A stretch of 64,000 nucleotides of DNA from Chloroflexota bacterium (GCA_012798065.1 JAAZNW010000076.1:13858-77857); one strand, 5' to 3'. Shown: positions 49,201 to 59,846, counted from the first letter of the stretch. Notes: generated by a model not told the origin, from the sequence alone. Translations and numbers: made by a program.

Positions 49201-50085
49201 ATGACCGGAGATTTTAGCAGCAAGAATGTATTGGTCACCGGAGCCAGTTCAGGGATTGGCTACCAGGCGGCGCTCGATCTGGCGGGCAAAGGGGCTTATA
49301 TAATTGGCACCGGTCGGGACGTGACCCGTTGCGAAGCGGCGCGCACTCGTATATTACAAGTCCATCCAGAAGCCCAAATCGAGTACCTGGTCGCCGATCT
49401 CGCTTCTCAAACCCAAATTCATGATCTGGCGCGTCAGGCGCAGCTTCTCCTGATAGAACATGGGAACAGGCTGGATGTGCTGGTCAACAATGCCGGTCTC
49501 TATTCCAGCAAGCGCGTCCTTACGGAAGATGGCATCGAACTGACATTCGCGGTGAACCATCTGGCGCCTTTTCTGCTCACTCATTTGCTGCTGCCGCAAT
49601 TGTTAAACACGCCGCAGGGTCGCGTTTTGGGGGTCAGTTCTCAGTCTCATTACCACGCATTTCTCTCTCCCCTGAAGGCTTACCGTCCCTGGCTGTACCT
49701 CAGCCTGCCGGTGTACGCCACATCCAACCTGTGCCGGGTGCTCTTCAGCGCGGAATTCAACCGCCGTACACCAACACCTCACCTGCACGCCTGGTCGGTT
49801 GACCCGGGATTGGTCAACACGGAAATCGGTCAAAAAGATAAGGGTTTTCTCTCCAACCTGGTTTGGCGTTTTCGAAAAACGCACGGTACCAGCGCTGAAA
49901 TTCCCTCCCAAACCATTCTGCACCTGGCCTTTTCTGCCTTTCACCATATCGCCGCTGACCTGTACTGGAAAGACAGCCGCCCAAAAGAACCCTCAAGGCT
50001 TTCTCGCGACGCCGAGCTGGCAAAACGTTTGTGGGAACAATCCTGCCGCTTATGCGGGATTGATGACTACTTCAACCCAGGCTGA
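49201..50085 (+). CDS. Short-chain dehydrogenase/reductase family protein with non-canonical YxxxN
   Basis: VLVTGASSGIGY (TGxxxGxG), NNAG, and GVSS Ser are present. The active-site block reads VYATSNLCRVLF, where related SDRs have YxxSKLA. Confidence 0.8.
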   Translation: MTGDFSSKNVLVTGASSGIGYQAALDLAGKGAYIIGTGRDVTRCEAARTRILQVHPEAQIEYLVADLASQTQIHDLARQAQLLLIEHGNRLDVLVNNAGLYSSKRVLTEDGIELTFAVNHLAPFLLTHLLLPQLLNTPQGRVLGVSSQSHYHAFLSPLKAYRPWLYLSLPVYATSNLCRVLFSAEFNRRTPTPHLHAWSVDPGLVNTEIGQKDKGFLSNLVWRFRKTHGTSAEIPSQTILHLAFSAFHHIAADLYWKDSRPKEPSRLSRDAELAKRLWEQSCRLCGIDDYFNPG

Positions 50086-50851
50086 AACAACGCATCGAGA
50101 TCGAGCCCATGATGACCTTTTCATTGAAAAAACTGACCGGCTCGTCCGCGTACCCCGCACCGAGTACGTAAAGCATCGGCAGGTAATGCTCGGCTGAATT
50201 CACCGCCAGTTCAGCGGGTTTCCCGTGTTCCTCATAATGAACCACCTGTTCGTGTTCGCCTTTTTCGATCCAGTTTTTGAGGTCGGCGTCATAGGAAACG
50301 GCCCAGTCATAACCAGCGTCTGCTTCCCATGTGACCATGCGCAGGTTATGCACCATATTTCCGCTGCCAAGGATCAGTATGCCGTCATCGCACAAGGGGC
50401 GTAATTCTCTGCCGAGCAAATAATGAGATTGGACGGAGAGTTGACGGTTAAGGCTCAGCTGTACCACCGGGATCTCCGCCTTTGGGTACATGCGGCAGAG
50501 CACCGACCAACTGCCATGATCCAATCCCCACTCCTGGTCTTCAACGACAGTGGTTGATTTGATTTTTTGCTTTACCAACTCGACCAGTTCGTCTGATCCC
50601 GGCGCGGGATACTGCATCTCGTTCAATTCGCGCGGGAATCCATAGAAATCATGTATGGTGCGGGGGTTTGCCATAGCGGTCACACGGGTGTCCCAGGTTT
50701 CCCAGTGGGCAGAAATGCAAAGCACCGCTCGCGGTCTGGGCATTACCCGTCCCAATTCCTCCCAGGTAAGGCTGAACTCGTTTTGTTCAATGGCGTTCAT
50801 TGGGCTGCCATGACCCACAAATAAAACGGGTAATCGAGTGACAGGTATCAT
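50072..50851 (-). CDS. Class III extradiol dioxygenase (4,5-DOPA dioxygenase/YgiD-like)
   Basis: 259 aa. LFVGHGSPMNAIE start motif and HWETWDT block. Confidence 0.85.
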   Translation of the reverse strand: MIPVTRLPVLFVGHGSPMNAIEQNEFSLTWEELGRVMPRPRAVLCISAHWETWDTRVTAMANPRTIHDFYGFPRELNEMQYPAPGSDELVELVKQKIKSTTVVEDQEWGLDHGSWSVLCRMYPKAEIPVVQLSLNRQLSVQSHYLLGRELRPLCDDGILILGSGNMVHNLRMVTWEADAGYDWAVSYDADLKNWIEKGEHEQVVHYEEHGKPAELAVNSAEHYLPMLYVLGAGYADEPVSFFNEKVIMGSISMRCFSLG

Positions 50852-51891
50852 TTCACCTCCTTGTTTGCCTTTTCAGCGGCGCGCGCTTTATGTTTCACTT
50901 TGATCACGACTATTTTTGTAGGGTGATTGAACGGCGCTGAATCAACCGGCGGCTGGTTTACAACCGTTTCGGCATAACCTGTTACATCCTCCCCTACCGG
51001 GATGATATGCTCAATGGTCAGCAGGCCATTTTCGGTCAGGGCTTCCAGTTCGCCGATGAATTCCCGCCCGCTTAAAAACAGGGCATTATTGACCACCACC
51101 AGGTAGCCGCCATCGGTTACCAAAGGGCGCGCTTTATTGATAAGGCGCGTGGTTTCTTTCACCTGATCTACTCGACCGCGCGGCGTGAGGGAAAAGAAAG
51201 GCGGGTCGATGATGACAATGTCATATGTTTCGCGTTTGCGGCGCATCTGACCTGCCGCCACAAAGAAATCAACCGCGCTGGTCTTCATCTTCGTCTCATC
51301 CAACGCGTTCAGCCTGAGGGACGCGCGTGCCACCTCCAGGAAACGCGCGCTGCGGTCGATCTGGGTAACGGCAGATGCCCCACCGGCGAGCGCAGCCACC
51401 CCCAAGCTGCCAGTATAGGCGAACGTATTGAGCACAGATTGATTGCTCGCGTTTTCCTTGAGCCAGGCTCTCAATCCGCGCGTGTCCAGGTAGAACCCGG
51501 CATCCTGGTTCAGGCGCAACGCAAGCGCGTATTGCACACCGTTTTCCCACACAACGGTATCCGGTTGAGCCCCGTATAGCACCACCCCCTTCTTCGCGTC
51601 AGGATGCGTGGAAGACCGCTGCTTGAGCAACACGCACCCAATCCAATCCAGTTGGGCAAGGAGATGCTGCTGCACCATCTGGGCCAGCGCGAGAGAATCA
51701 GCGGCATCCAGTTTATGGGTAAAGACCACCAGCGTGCGCGCATACAGGTCAACCACCAGCGGAGGGAATCCCTCGTAAAAACCGTTGAATAAGCGAATGG
51801 CTGAACGCGGCGGCTGCTCCAGTAGCGCCTGCCGGTGATACAGCGCGCGGGTGAGCAACCCCGTCAGTTCACTTACTTTATTTCGATCCAT
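50848..51891 (-). CDS. Class I SAM-dependent RNA methyltransferase (RlmI/RlmK-like)
   Basis: 347 aa. VLNTFAYTGSLGVAA SAM motif and IIDPPFFS motif IV. 4-nt overlap with the downstream gene. Confidence 0.75.
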   Translation of the reverse strand: MDRNKVSELTGLLTRALYHRQALLEQPPRSAIRLFNGFYEGFPPLVVDLYARTLVVFTHKLDAADSLALAQMVQQHLLAQLDWIGCVLLKQRSSTHPDAKKGVVLYGAQPDTVVWENGVQYALALRLNQDAGFYLDTRGLRAWLKENASNQSVLNTFAYTGSLGVAALAGGASAVTQIDRSARFLEVARASLRLNALDETKMKTSAVDFFVAAGQMRRKRETYDIVIIDPPFFSLTPRGRVDQVKETTRLINKARPLVTDGGYLVVVNNALFLSGREFIGELEALTENGLLTIEHIIPVGEDVTGYAETVVNQPPVDSAPFNHPTKIVVIKVKHKARAAEKANKEVK

Positions 51892-51956
51892 GGCATAATT
51901 GTAATCGGTCAGGTAGATTTAAAAATCGCATATCCTTGCCTGGTCAGAAGGCGCCC

Positions 51957-52742
51957 ATGAACCAGACCCTGCGTATCATTCATCACCGACGTTCAACTCG
52001 TAAGTACGCCGCTACACCCATCACCTCCGAAGAAAAAGATGCCATCCTGCAGGCTGCGCTGCGCGCACCTACCGCAGGCAATATGATGCTGTATACGATC
52101 ATTGAGGTTGAAGACCAGGCGCTCAAAGACCGGCTGTCGGTAAGCTGCGACAATCAGCCGTTTATCGCCAGCGCCTCTTACGTACTGCTCTTTCTGGCAG
52201 ACTATCAGCGCTGGGTGGAGGCTTTCAATTGGAGCGATGCGCCGCGGCTGGCCATGGAACAGGGTCTGCAACCCCGGCTGCCGCAGGAGGGCGACCTTCT
52301 GCTGGCATGCTGCGATGCGCTCATCGCCGCCCAGACCGCGGTCATCGCCGCTGAATCGCTGGGAATCGGTTCGTGCTATATTGGTGACATTATGGAGAAT
52401 TACGAGGTGCACCGCGAAATGTTCCGCCTGCCGCGCTTCACCTTTCCAGTTACCCTGTTGTGTTTCGGCAAACCTTACGCAGAGCGTGAGCACCCGGGGT
52501 TAACCAGGCGCTTTGGACGCAATATCATCGTTCATCGTGATCATTACACGCCGGTAGACGCGGACGCGTTCCCCGCCATGCTGTCGCGCGCTGGTCAGCA
52601 GTCCCCAGATGAAGTGGACGTAGAAGCCGCCAGGAAGATGGCGCAAGGAATTTATACACGGAAATTCGTTTCTGCCTTTTCAGTGGAAATGACGCGCTCT
52701 GTAAAACGCTGGATGGAAATCTGGACTGGTGCCGAAGATTAA
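51957..52742 (+). CDS. Nitroreductase-family protein
   Basis: 261 aa from ATG 51957. HHRRSTRKY FMN-phosphate motif, APTAGNMM, and ESLGIGSCYIG. Confidence 0.85.
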   Translation: MNQTLRIIHHRRSTRKYAATPITSEEKDAILQAALRAPTAGNMMLYTIIEVEDQALKDRLSVSCDNQPFIASASYVLLFLADYQRWVEAFNWSDAPRLAMEQGLQPRLPQEGDLLLACCDALIAAQTAVIAAESLGIGSCYIGDIMENYEVHREMFRLPRFTFPVTLLCFGKPYAEREHPGLTRRFGRNIIVHRDHYTPVDADAFPAMLSRAGQQSPDEVDVEAARKMAQGIYTRKFVSAFSVEMTRSVKRWMEIWTGAED

Positions 52743-52745
52743 CAG

Positions 52746-53084
52746 GTGGGTGAGTTGGATGTTCCCACCAGCCGCGCCAGCGGCGAGGATTGGCTGTTCT
52801 ACGACGCCCCACTGGTGCTGCATTTTTCCGGCAGCGCTTACAGTGACCCAGCGGATTGCGCGGTTGTGGCTTCCCTTGCCATGCTTGCCGGAGAGTCGTT
52901 AGGGCTGGGCAGCTGTATGCTGGGTTTCCCTGGTTATATCTTCCGTTACAGCAAACCCCTGCGCGAGAAATACGTTCTGCCGCCAAAAATTCAACCGGGA
53001 CTGACAGTGGTCTTCGGCTACCCCAGGTTTACCCCGCGTAACGCTGTAAGACGCCGCTTCAGAGAAGTGCGCGAGTACGCATGA
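52746..53084 (+). pseudogene. N-terminally truncated nitroreductase paralog (fragment)
   Basis: 112-codon GTG-initiated ORF. It matches only the C-terminal part of nitroreductases (APLVLHF...GESLGLGSCMLG...VVFGYP) and lacks the RRSxR N-terminal segment. Starts 3 nt after the stop of the full-length paralog. Confidence 0.5.
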
Positions 53085-53120
53085 ATGAGAAGAACGGTAT
53101 AATTAGGCCCTGGTAAAAAA

Positions 53121-53390
53121 ATGGTGGATAATAAAACTCCTGAAGTTGAATACCCGGTGGAATTCCCCCTCAAAGTCATCGGCGTAGATGAAAACGACTT
53201 TGAACCCTTCGTGGTAGAAATCGTGCGGCGTCACGTTCCAGATTTATTGGAAGAAAATATTGTCAGCCGGCTCTCCAACAACAACCATTACCGCTCGGTC
53301 TCCTTCCACTTTATTGCCCAGAGCCGCGAGCAGGTGGACGCGCTCTATGCTGAGTTAAGCAGCCACAAGCGCGTGTTGATGATCCTCTAG
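53121..53390 (+). CDS. DUF493 (YbeD-like) protein
   Basis: 89 aa. YPVEFPLKVIG motif. Confidence 0.8.
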   Translation: MVDNKTPEVEYPVEFPLKVIGVDENDFEPFVVEIVRRHVPDLLEENIVSRLSNNNHYRSVSFHFIAQSREQVDALYAELSSHKRVLMIL

Positions 53391-54298
53391 CCTTCCTTTT
53401 TCTTGATTTCGTGACCGCCAAACTGATGCCGCATGGCTGCGACCAGTTTATCGGAATACGGGCCATCCTGCCGCGAACGGATACGCCGTTGCAGCGAAGC
53501 GGTGATCACCGGTGCAGCCACATTCAGGTCAATGGCTTCAAACACGGTCCAGCGTCCCTCGCCTGAATCCGCCACATAGGCTTCGACATCCTCAAGCGAC
53601 GAGTCTTCTGCCATCACGTTTTCGATCAGTTCCAACAACCATGAGCGTATCACGCTGCCACGCTGCCATATCTGCGAAACGCGGTGCAGGTCGAGTTCAA
53701 ACTCCCGCTTCTCCTTCAAGATTTCGAACCCCTCTGCAAAGGCCTGCATCATACCGTATTCAATACCATTGTGTACCATCTTGGTAAAATGCCCCGCCCC
53801 AGATGGGCCAACTCTGCCCCAGCCCTGGTCAGGCGCTGGCGCCAGCGTTTCAAAAATCGGGCGCAGGTACTCCACGGTGGCAGGATCACCACCTATCATC
53901 AGGCTGTAGCCTTCTGTGAGCCCCCATATGCCTCCGCTGGTTCCCACATCCACAAAACGCAAACCTTTTTCCATCAGAACCTGACCGCGGCGGGTAGTGT
54001 CTTTGTAGTTAGAATTTCCGCCATCCACGACGATATCCCCCATCTCCAACAGAGGGGTGAGCGACCCCAGCACTTCTTCGGTCACCGCGCCAGCGGGAAC
54101 CATTAGCCACACCACGCGTGGTTGTGCCAGATTGGCGGTAAGCTCTTGCAAAGAGCGCGCTCCTTTCACCCCCAGCGCTTCGGCTTCACGGATTGTGGTT
54201 TCTTTGGTGGCGTTGCCAATCACGCTGTGTCCGCCCTTTATCAGGCGTTGCGCCATATTCATCCCCATTTTTCCCAGACCGATCATCCCGATTTGCAT
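53387..54298 (-). CDS. gnd: 6-phosphogluconate dehydrogenase, decarboxylating (short YqeC/Gnd-like form)
   Basis: 303 aa from ATG 54298 (GGAGGAAAA RBS). MQIGMIGLGKMGMNMAQRL Rossmann start. The 77 upstream codons of the track ORF overlap plsY and are rejected. Confidence 0.88.
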   Translation of the reverse strand: MQIGMIGLGKMGMNMAQRLIKGGHSVIGNATKETTIREAEALGVKGARSLQELTANLAQPRVVWLMVPAGAVTEEVLGSLTPLLEMGDIVVDGGNSNYKDTTRRGQVLMEKGLRFVDVGTSGGIWGLTEGYSLMIGGDPATVEYLRPIFETLAPAPDQGWGRVGPSGAGHFTKMVHNGIEYGMMQAFAEGFEILKEKREFELDLHRVSQIWQRGSVIRSWLLELIENVMAEDSSLEDVEAYVADSGEGRWTVFEAIDLNVAAPVITASLQRRIRSRQDGPYSDKLVAAMRHQFGGHEIKKKEG

Positions 54299-54404
54299 AT
54301 TTTCCTCCAATGACCTCGATGTTGGCATAATTATATCCGCTGCCAATGGAAAAAACGGGGGCCCACTGACCAGCCCCTTACCGCCCCTGTATGGATGATT
54401 TTTC

Positions 54405-54995
54405 CTACAAAGAGATGCGATTCTCCACGCCCGCCAGTATGCGGCGGATGTTCTCGTGATGGCGCAAGAGGGCAAACAGCGCTGCAACCACCACGACCAC
54501 CACCCACATGAGCGGTTGCTGCGTAACAATCACATACACAGCCATGCCGAAAACAAACACCAATGACCCCAATGAGACCATGCGCGTGCCCAGAACCACC
54601 AGCACAAAAACGAGTATGCCCGCCAGGGTTGGCAGGGGCAGCAAACTGAGCAGGATACCAGTGGTGGCGGCGATGCCCTTCCCGCCGCGAAAGTTTAAAA
54701 CCACCGGAAAGTCATGTCCAAGAACCACCCCAATGGCTGCGGCTGCCAATCCGGTTTCTCCCCCCAGCCAGTAGCCAGCGCCCGCCGCAGTGGCTCCTTT
54801 AAGCGCGTCTAACAAAAACACCAGCAACCCATAGCGCCAGCCCAACGTGCGGATTACATTGGTGGCCCCAGCGTTACCGCTGCCTTTTTCACGTATATCA
54901 AATCTGCCAACCTTGCGGGCAATCAGATAAGCGGGTGAAAAATTACCCAGCGCATAGCCTAACAAGAACAATCCTGTGATTTGGAGCAGTTTCAT
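54405..54995 (-). CDS. plsY: Glycerol-3-phosphate acyltransferase PlsY
   Basis: About 196 aa. GSGNAGATN motif, multi-TM. Confidence 0.9.
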   Translation of the reverse strand: MKLLQITGLFLLGYALGNFSPAYLIARKVGRFDIREKGSGNAGATNVIRTLGWRYGLLVFLLDALKGATAAGAGYWLGGETGLAAAAIGVVLGHDFPVVLNFRGGKGIAATTGILLSLLPLPTLAGILVFVLVVLGTRMVSLGSLVFVFGMAVYVIVTQQPLMWVVVVVVAALFALLRHHENIRRILAGVENRISL

Positions 54996-55135
54996 AATAC
55001 AAAGTAACACTGCAACCCGCGGATTGGATACGCCGTTCTACCCATCACTTTTCTCTCTCAGGGTACCCGTTTTAATGGTTGCCTGCTCATGCTGAATCTG
55101 GATATAATGTTCTGAAATTAGGGAAAAGGACTGAC

Positions 55136-56659
55136 ATGACAGACTCCACATCAATCGTAATCTTCGGCGCCTCTGGCGACCTCTCTCACCGCAAGTTAAT
55201 TCCCGCCTTATATCACCTGTATCTCAAAGGCCGCCTGCCGAAATCCTTCAGGGTGTTCGGTATCGCAGGGAGACCCTGGACGGACGAAGACCTGCGCCGG
55301 GTTTCACGCGATGGACTGAACCAATTCTCTCGTCTGCCGGTGGATGAGAATTCCTGGGATACTTTTTCCCAAACCCTGAGCTACCTTTCCGGCGACATCT
55401 CCAGAGCAGAGACCTATCACCAAATTAATGAGCGGCTGAGCCTTCTTGAAGGCGGGGAAGCCAATCGCATGTACTACCTGGCAACACCTCCAGAATATTT
55501 TCTAGAAATAATCAACAACCTGGCCGCGAACGGTTTGCTGCAAGAAGACGACGCCTGGCGCCGCGTTGTGATTGAAAAGCCTTTCGGCGAAGACCTCGAA
55601 AGCGCCCGTTCGCTCAACCAGAGCATTCACGCAGTGATGAAAGAAAAACAGGTTTACCGTATCGATCACTATCTCGGTAAAGAAACCGTGCAGAATATTT
55701 TAGTGGCGCGTTTCGCCAACGCGATCTTCGAACCGGTGTGGAATCGCAACTTTATCGATAACGTGCAAATCACCGTTGCCGAAACTGTGGGGGTGGGCAC
55801 GCGTGCGCGTTATTATGATCACGCTGGTGTGCTGCGCGACATGTTTCAAAACCACCTCATCCAGTTGCTGACGCTGGTAGCCATGGAACCGACCAGCACC
55901 TACAATGCTGACGCGCTGCGCGACGAGAAGCTGAAGGTCATCCGCGCCATACGCCCCATGAATCGTGATGAAATTATGAAAAACAGCGTCATCGGTCAAT
56001 ATCGCGGTTACCAGCAAGAGCCTAACGTAGCCCCGGGTTCACGAACCCCCACTTACGCCGCGGTGCGTTTTTATATCGATAACTGGCGCTGGCAGGGCGT
56101 GCCCTTTTACCTGCGTTCAGGCAAGAAAATGACAGAAAAAGTGAGCGAAATTCTCATTCAGTTTAAAAAACCACCGCACATGCTTTTCCCGATGTCGGGG
56201 AGCGATTTGGAAGGACGTTCCAACCTGCTTTCGATGTGCCTGCAGCCCGATGAAGGGATTCACCTGCGTTTTGAAACCAAGGTACCCGATACCGTGGCGG
56301 AGACACGTTCGGTTAACATGAATTATCACTACAGTGATGTGTATGACCAGAGCGCCATTCCAGAGGCGTACGAACGTTTACTGCTGGATGTCATCACCGG
56401 TGATGCTTCTCTTTTCACCCGCGCTGACCAATCTGAACTTTCCTGGGCGCTGTTCGACCCTATCATCGCTGGGTGGGAAGACCCTGCAGCGCCCCAGCCC
56501 GAAGAATACGAGCCTGGCAGTTGGGGCCCAGACGGCAGCGAACGTATGTTACGTGCAGAAGGCCGGCAGTGGCTGCAGACCTGCGGCGTGCATTGTGAGG
56601 AGAACCACAAAACTTGCGATGAAAAGAGAGTTGACCCTTCTCGTCAGCAACCCTGGTAG
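55136..56659 (+). CDS. zwf: Glucose-6-phosphate 1-dehydrogenase
   Basis: [17 protein letters not shown] motif and active-site RIDHYLGKE. Start chosen at ATG 55136. Confidence 0.93.
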   Translation: MTDSTSIVIFGASGDLSHRKLIPALYHLYLKGRLPKSFRVFGIAGRPWTDEDLRRVSRDGLNQFSRLPVDENSWDTFSQTLSYLSGDISRAETYHQINERLSLLEGGEANRMYYLATPPEYFLEIINNLAANGLLQEDDAWRRVVIEKPFGEDLESARSLNQSIHAVMKEKQVYRIDHYLGKETVQNILVARFANAIFEPVWNRNFIDNVQITVAETVGVGTRARYYDHAGVLRDMFQNHLIQLLTLVAMEPTSTYNADALRDEKLKVIRAIRPMNRDEIMKNSVIGQYRGYQQEPNVAPGSRTPTYAAVRFYIDNWRWQGVPFYLRSGKKMTEKVSEILIQFKKPPHMLFPMSGSDLEGRSNLLSMCLQPDEGIHLRFETKVPDTVAETRSVNMNYHYSDVYDQSAIPEAYERLLLDVITGDASLFTRADQSELSWALFDPIIAGWEDPAAPQPEEYEPGSWGPDGSERMLRAEGRQWLQTCGVHCEENHKTCDEKRVDPSRQQPW

Positions 56660-56733
56660 AAACAGGTATAATTGCTGCGTTTCATCTTCAATCACTGGAT
56701 CATTCTCATTATCAAAAGGGACTTGCCATTGTT

Positions 56734-57756
56734 ATGAAGCCTGCCCTGCCCTGTAACAACCCGCCGCGCTGCTGGTCCATCCCACTGCTCATTTTTACCG
56801 CTGCCCTCCTCCTTTTTTTAAGCGCATGCCAGCCTGCCGGCCCTGCCGCGTCCGAGCCGATTAACGCGTTGTCGCAAGAGACCCCGCCTGCACAAACACC
56901 ACTGCTTGCTACAGCTACACAGCACGATACCCTCTCTCTCTCTCCCACTGAAACCAGTCCTCCCGTCCCCACCCAGACCACCATTGTGCGAACCCCGGGA
57001 TTCTGGAAAGAACTGCCAATCCTGCCGGAAGAGCTTTCAGTAAGAGCGCGCGAAATTTATCAGCAGGGGTTGGCAATGGGGAATGACCCGCGGGTGTACA
57101 CCAAGATTGGCGACTGCAATAGCATGTCTCCTGATTTCCTCGCCGGCTTTGGCGGTCAATACGACCTGGGCGAAGATTTCGCCTACCTCCAGCCGGCAAT
57201 TGACTATTTTAAAAAATCGTACCGCCTGCCCAACCAGGCTACCAACCCTGGCACCACCACCTCCAGACTGCTGGTTTCACTGTGGAACAATGATGAATGC
57301 CTGCCCAACGAACCGATGCTTGAGTGCCAGTACCGGGTGGATAATCCCAGTATCGCCATCATCATGCTGGGCACCATCGACGCCAAAACGCATCAGCGCC
57401 AGCCCGAGGTTTACGAGCAGAACCTGCGGGTCATTATTGAAAAAACCATTTCTCTTGGCATCTTACCGGTATTGGCCACCAAGGCGGATAACATTGAAGG
57501 CGATAATTCCATCAACGAGACCATCGCGCGCCTGGCAATAGAGTATGAACTGCCTTTGTGGAACTTCTGGAAAGCAGCCCAACCCCTGGTAAATCACGGT
57601 TTACAAACAGACGGAGAACATTTAAATTTCTGGTCTGCTCCGCCCTCGACCGATTTCTCTTTGCCCATCGCTCTGGATTACGGCAAGGAAGTGAAGAATA
57701 TCACCGCGTTGCAGTTGTTAAATTTCTTAATGGAAGAACTGCCTGCGCCCCAGTAG
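56734..57756 (+). CDS. Secreted lipoprotein, SGNH/GDSL-hydrolase-like
   Basis: Signal plus lipobox (LFLSAC) and a Pro/Thr linker. KIGDCNS block resembles SGNH block I. Assignment is weak. Confidence 0.45.
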   Translation: MKPALPCNNPPRCWSIPLLIFTAALLLFLSACQPAGPAASEPINALSQETPPAQTPLLATATQHDTLSLSPTETSPPVPTQTTIVRTPGFWKELPILPEELSVRAREIYQQGLAMGNDPRVYTKIGDCNSMSPDFLAGFGGQYDLGEDFAYLQPAIDYFKKSYRLPNQATNPGTTTSRLLVSLWNNDECLPNEPMLECQYRVDNPSIAIIMLGTIDAKTHQRQPEVYEQNLRVIIEKTISLGILPVLATKADNIEGDNSINETIARLAIEYELPLWNFWKAAQPLVNHGLQTDGEHLNFWSAPPSTDFSLPIALDYGKEVKNITALQLLNFLMEELPAPQ

Positions 57757-57789
57757 AAATCTTCCAGTGAAATTTTCTGGTGAGGTTTT

Positions 57790-58437
57790 TTATTTCATTA
57801 TTCCGCACACGTTCAGGAATTCCGCGCGCAACGCCGGGTCATCGGCGTACACACCGCGGAAGACAGTGGTGCGGGTGGCAGGAGAGATCTCGCGCACGCC
57901 GCGCATCTCCACGCACATATGCTTGGCGCGCATGAACACCGCCACGCCATGCGGTCGCATCAGCGCTTCCAGCGTATCCGCGATCTGGTAGCCAATGCGC
58001 TCCTGCACGGCAAAGCGCTTGGTGTAAAGCCGTACTAGGCGCGTCAGTTTTGATATGCCTAAAATGCGTTCATCAGCCACGTAGCCCACGTAAGCCTCGC
58101 CGTAAAATGGAAAAACGTGATGCTCACACAACGAGTGGAAGTGAATCGGTCCCTCGATGACCTGGCTCAGACGGCAGTCAGGTTCTCCGCGGCATTCCCG
58201 CGGAAAGGACTTGATCAGCTTCGGGTCGCCCTCGTAACCGCTGGTCGATTCGATCAACGCCTCTAGAAACCGGCGGGGGGTTTCATGGGTGGAGGGGGTG
58301 TTCACGTCCATGCCCAGCGCGCTGAAAATTTCGGTCATGTACTTTTCGTACTTTTTAAGCTCTTCAGCACTGATCTTGCGCTGGTTCAATTGCAGCAGTT
58401 CATCCACGGAAAAATCATCAACATAAGTGTCAGTCAT
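57790..58437 (-). CDS. folE: GTP cyclohydrolase I
   Basis: 215 aa. CEHHVFPFYG and VQERIG-type blocks. Confidence 0.92.
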   Translation of the reverse strand: MTDTYVDDFSVDELLQLNQRKISAEELKKYEKYMTEIFSALGMDVNTPSTHETPRRFLEALIESTSGYEGDPKLIKSFPRECRGEPDCRLSQVIEGPIHFHSLCEHHVFPFYGEAYVGYVADERILGISKLTRLVRLYTKRFAVQERIGYQIADTLEALMRPHGVAVFMRAKHMCVEMRGVREISPATRTTVFRGVYADDPALRAEFLNVCGIMK

Positions 58438-58609
58438 GGCCTCTCTCGTTTCTTTTAGACTTCGATTTGTTCCCCTTTTCTGTTGTATTTTATCTGATAT
58501 TCACCCGCTTTGAGAAGGGCAAAGTGGACCGCCTGTCGAGGTTGATTCTTTCCAGCGCCTGTTGTGAAACCAAACGTTTGGATCAGCGTATTCTGAAGGA
58601 GAGCAAACG

Positions 58610-59017
58610 ATGAAGCAAATACCAGAAAATGAAATTTCGATTCGCTATGTTCACTCTTCCGGTCCCGGAGGTCAGCATGTGAACAAAGTCGCGACGACCG
58701 CGCAATTACGCTTCGATATCAAGAATTCTCTTGTCCTGTCCGAACATGTCAAAGAGCGGCTGTTTCGGCTGGCTGGCAGGCGCGTAACCGGTGATGGCGT
58801 GCTGGTGATCGAAGCCGGTCGCTTCCGTGAACGCGAACGTAATCGCCAGGAAGCGATCAACCGTCTTTTTCGCCTGGTCGAACAGGCGCAACAAACCCCG
58901 CAAAACCGCATTCCTACCAGGCCGCGTGCCAGCGACATCACGAAACGCCTTGAAGCCAAGAAAAGGCGGGCGTTAATTAAATTCCTGCGTCATTTCAGGC
59001 CGGAAAGAGAAGAATAA
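58610..59017 (+). CDS. arfB: Alternative ribosome-rescue factor / peptidyl-tRNA hydrolase ArfB
   Basis: 135 aa. GPGGQHVNK GGQ motif and a basic C-terminal tail (RPRASDITKRLEAKKRR). Confidence 0.9.
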   Translation: MKQIPENEISIRYVHSSGPGGQHVNKVATTAQLRFDIKNSLVLSEHVKERLFRLAGRRVTGDGVLVIEAGRFRERERNRQEAINRLFRLVEQAQQTPQNRIPTRPRASDITKRLEAKKRRALIKFLRHFRPEREE

Positions 59018-59126
59018 CGCCCAAAAAACGGCTTTGTCAGGTTGTTTTAAGGTTGAGTTGCTCAAAAATAAACTATAATGATGTAGTCGATCATACGTTT
59101 AATTACACTTTACAAGGAGAAGAGAT

Positions 59127-59780
59127 ATGTGGTACTACACGCTCAACAATCAACAGGTCGGCCCCGTGGAAGAAGCGGAGATCAAGAAACTGGTTGAAGC
59201 GGGCACAATCACACACGGCACCCTCGTGTGGACCAACGGCATGGCCAACTGGCTACCAATCGGACAGACCCCCCTCGCAGGGCTTTTAGGTTCTGTACCA
59301 CCTCCTGTGGCTCCGCCACCAATGGCGGTTGTGTATGAAGACCCTGAAGTTGCCTCGATGAAAAAGCTCTTCATGTGGTTCTGGATCAGCCTGATTGGCA
59401 TACTGCTGTCTGGGATTGGACTCATCCCTGCCGGGGTACTGTTCTTCGTCATTTTCTACAAAGCCTGGAAACAAATCGAGCATGAGGGTATCCGCGCTAA
59501 CGCCGACCAGGCAACCTCGCGGTGCTTTATCCCCGGCTGGAATTATTACTGGTTGTTTGTCGCCTTCCGCGGCCTCGCCAAAGAACAGGGCGATAAGCTT
59601 GACAGCCTGAACGTTTCTCTGGAAAAGATCGACCCGAAACTACCCACCTGGATGCTGATCTGCCTGTTGGGGAGCGCGGTCACGTTTGGTGTATCTCTGA
59701 TCGCCTTCCTCGTCCTTTGGATTATGTACACCAATAAAGTCAAGAACAATTACCTCGCCATTCACCAGGCAAGCAAGTAA
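59127..59780 (+). CDS. GYF_2 (DUF4339) domain membrane protein
   Basis: N-terminal WYYTLNNQQVGPVEEAEIKKLVEAGTITHGTLVWTNGMANW, a Pro-rich linker, then 3-4 TM helices. Confidence 0.7.
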   Translation: MWYYTLNNQQVGPVEEAEIKKLVEAGTITHGTLVWTNGMANWLPIGQTPLAGLLGSVPPPVAPPPMAVVYEDPEVASMKKLFMWFWISLIGILLSGIGLIPAGVLFFVIFYKAWKQIEHEGIRANADQATSRCFIPGWNYYWLFVAFRGLAKEQGDKLDSLNVSLEKIDPKLPTWMLICLLGSAVTFGVSLIAFLVLWIMYTNKVKNNYLAIHQASK

Positions 59781-59795
59781 CTTAATTCAATAGAT

Positions 59796-59831
59796 AAAAA
59801 AAGTCCCGCCTCCACATGGCGGGACTTTTTT
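59796..59831. terminator. Bidirectional Rho-independent terminator between convergent genes
   Basis: AAAAAA-AGTCCCGCC-(7 nt)-GGCGGGACT-TTTTT: a perfect 9-bp stem flanked by an A-run and a T-run. Confidence 0.8.
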
Positions 59832-59846
59832 GTGATGTAGAAGTAT

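Noticed and set aside
54299-54529. 77-codon N-terminal extension of the gnd ORF
   Set aside because: It overlaps the plsY 3' end. The Rossmann motif starts at the internal Met (54298), which has a strong RBS.
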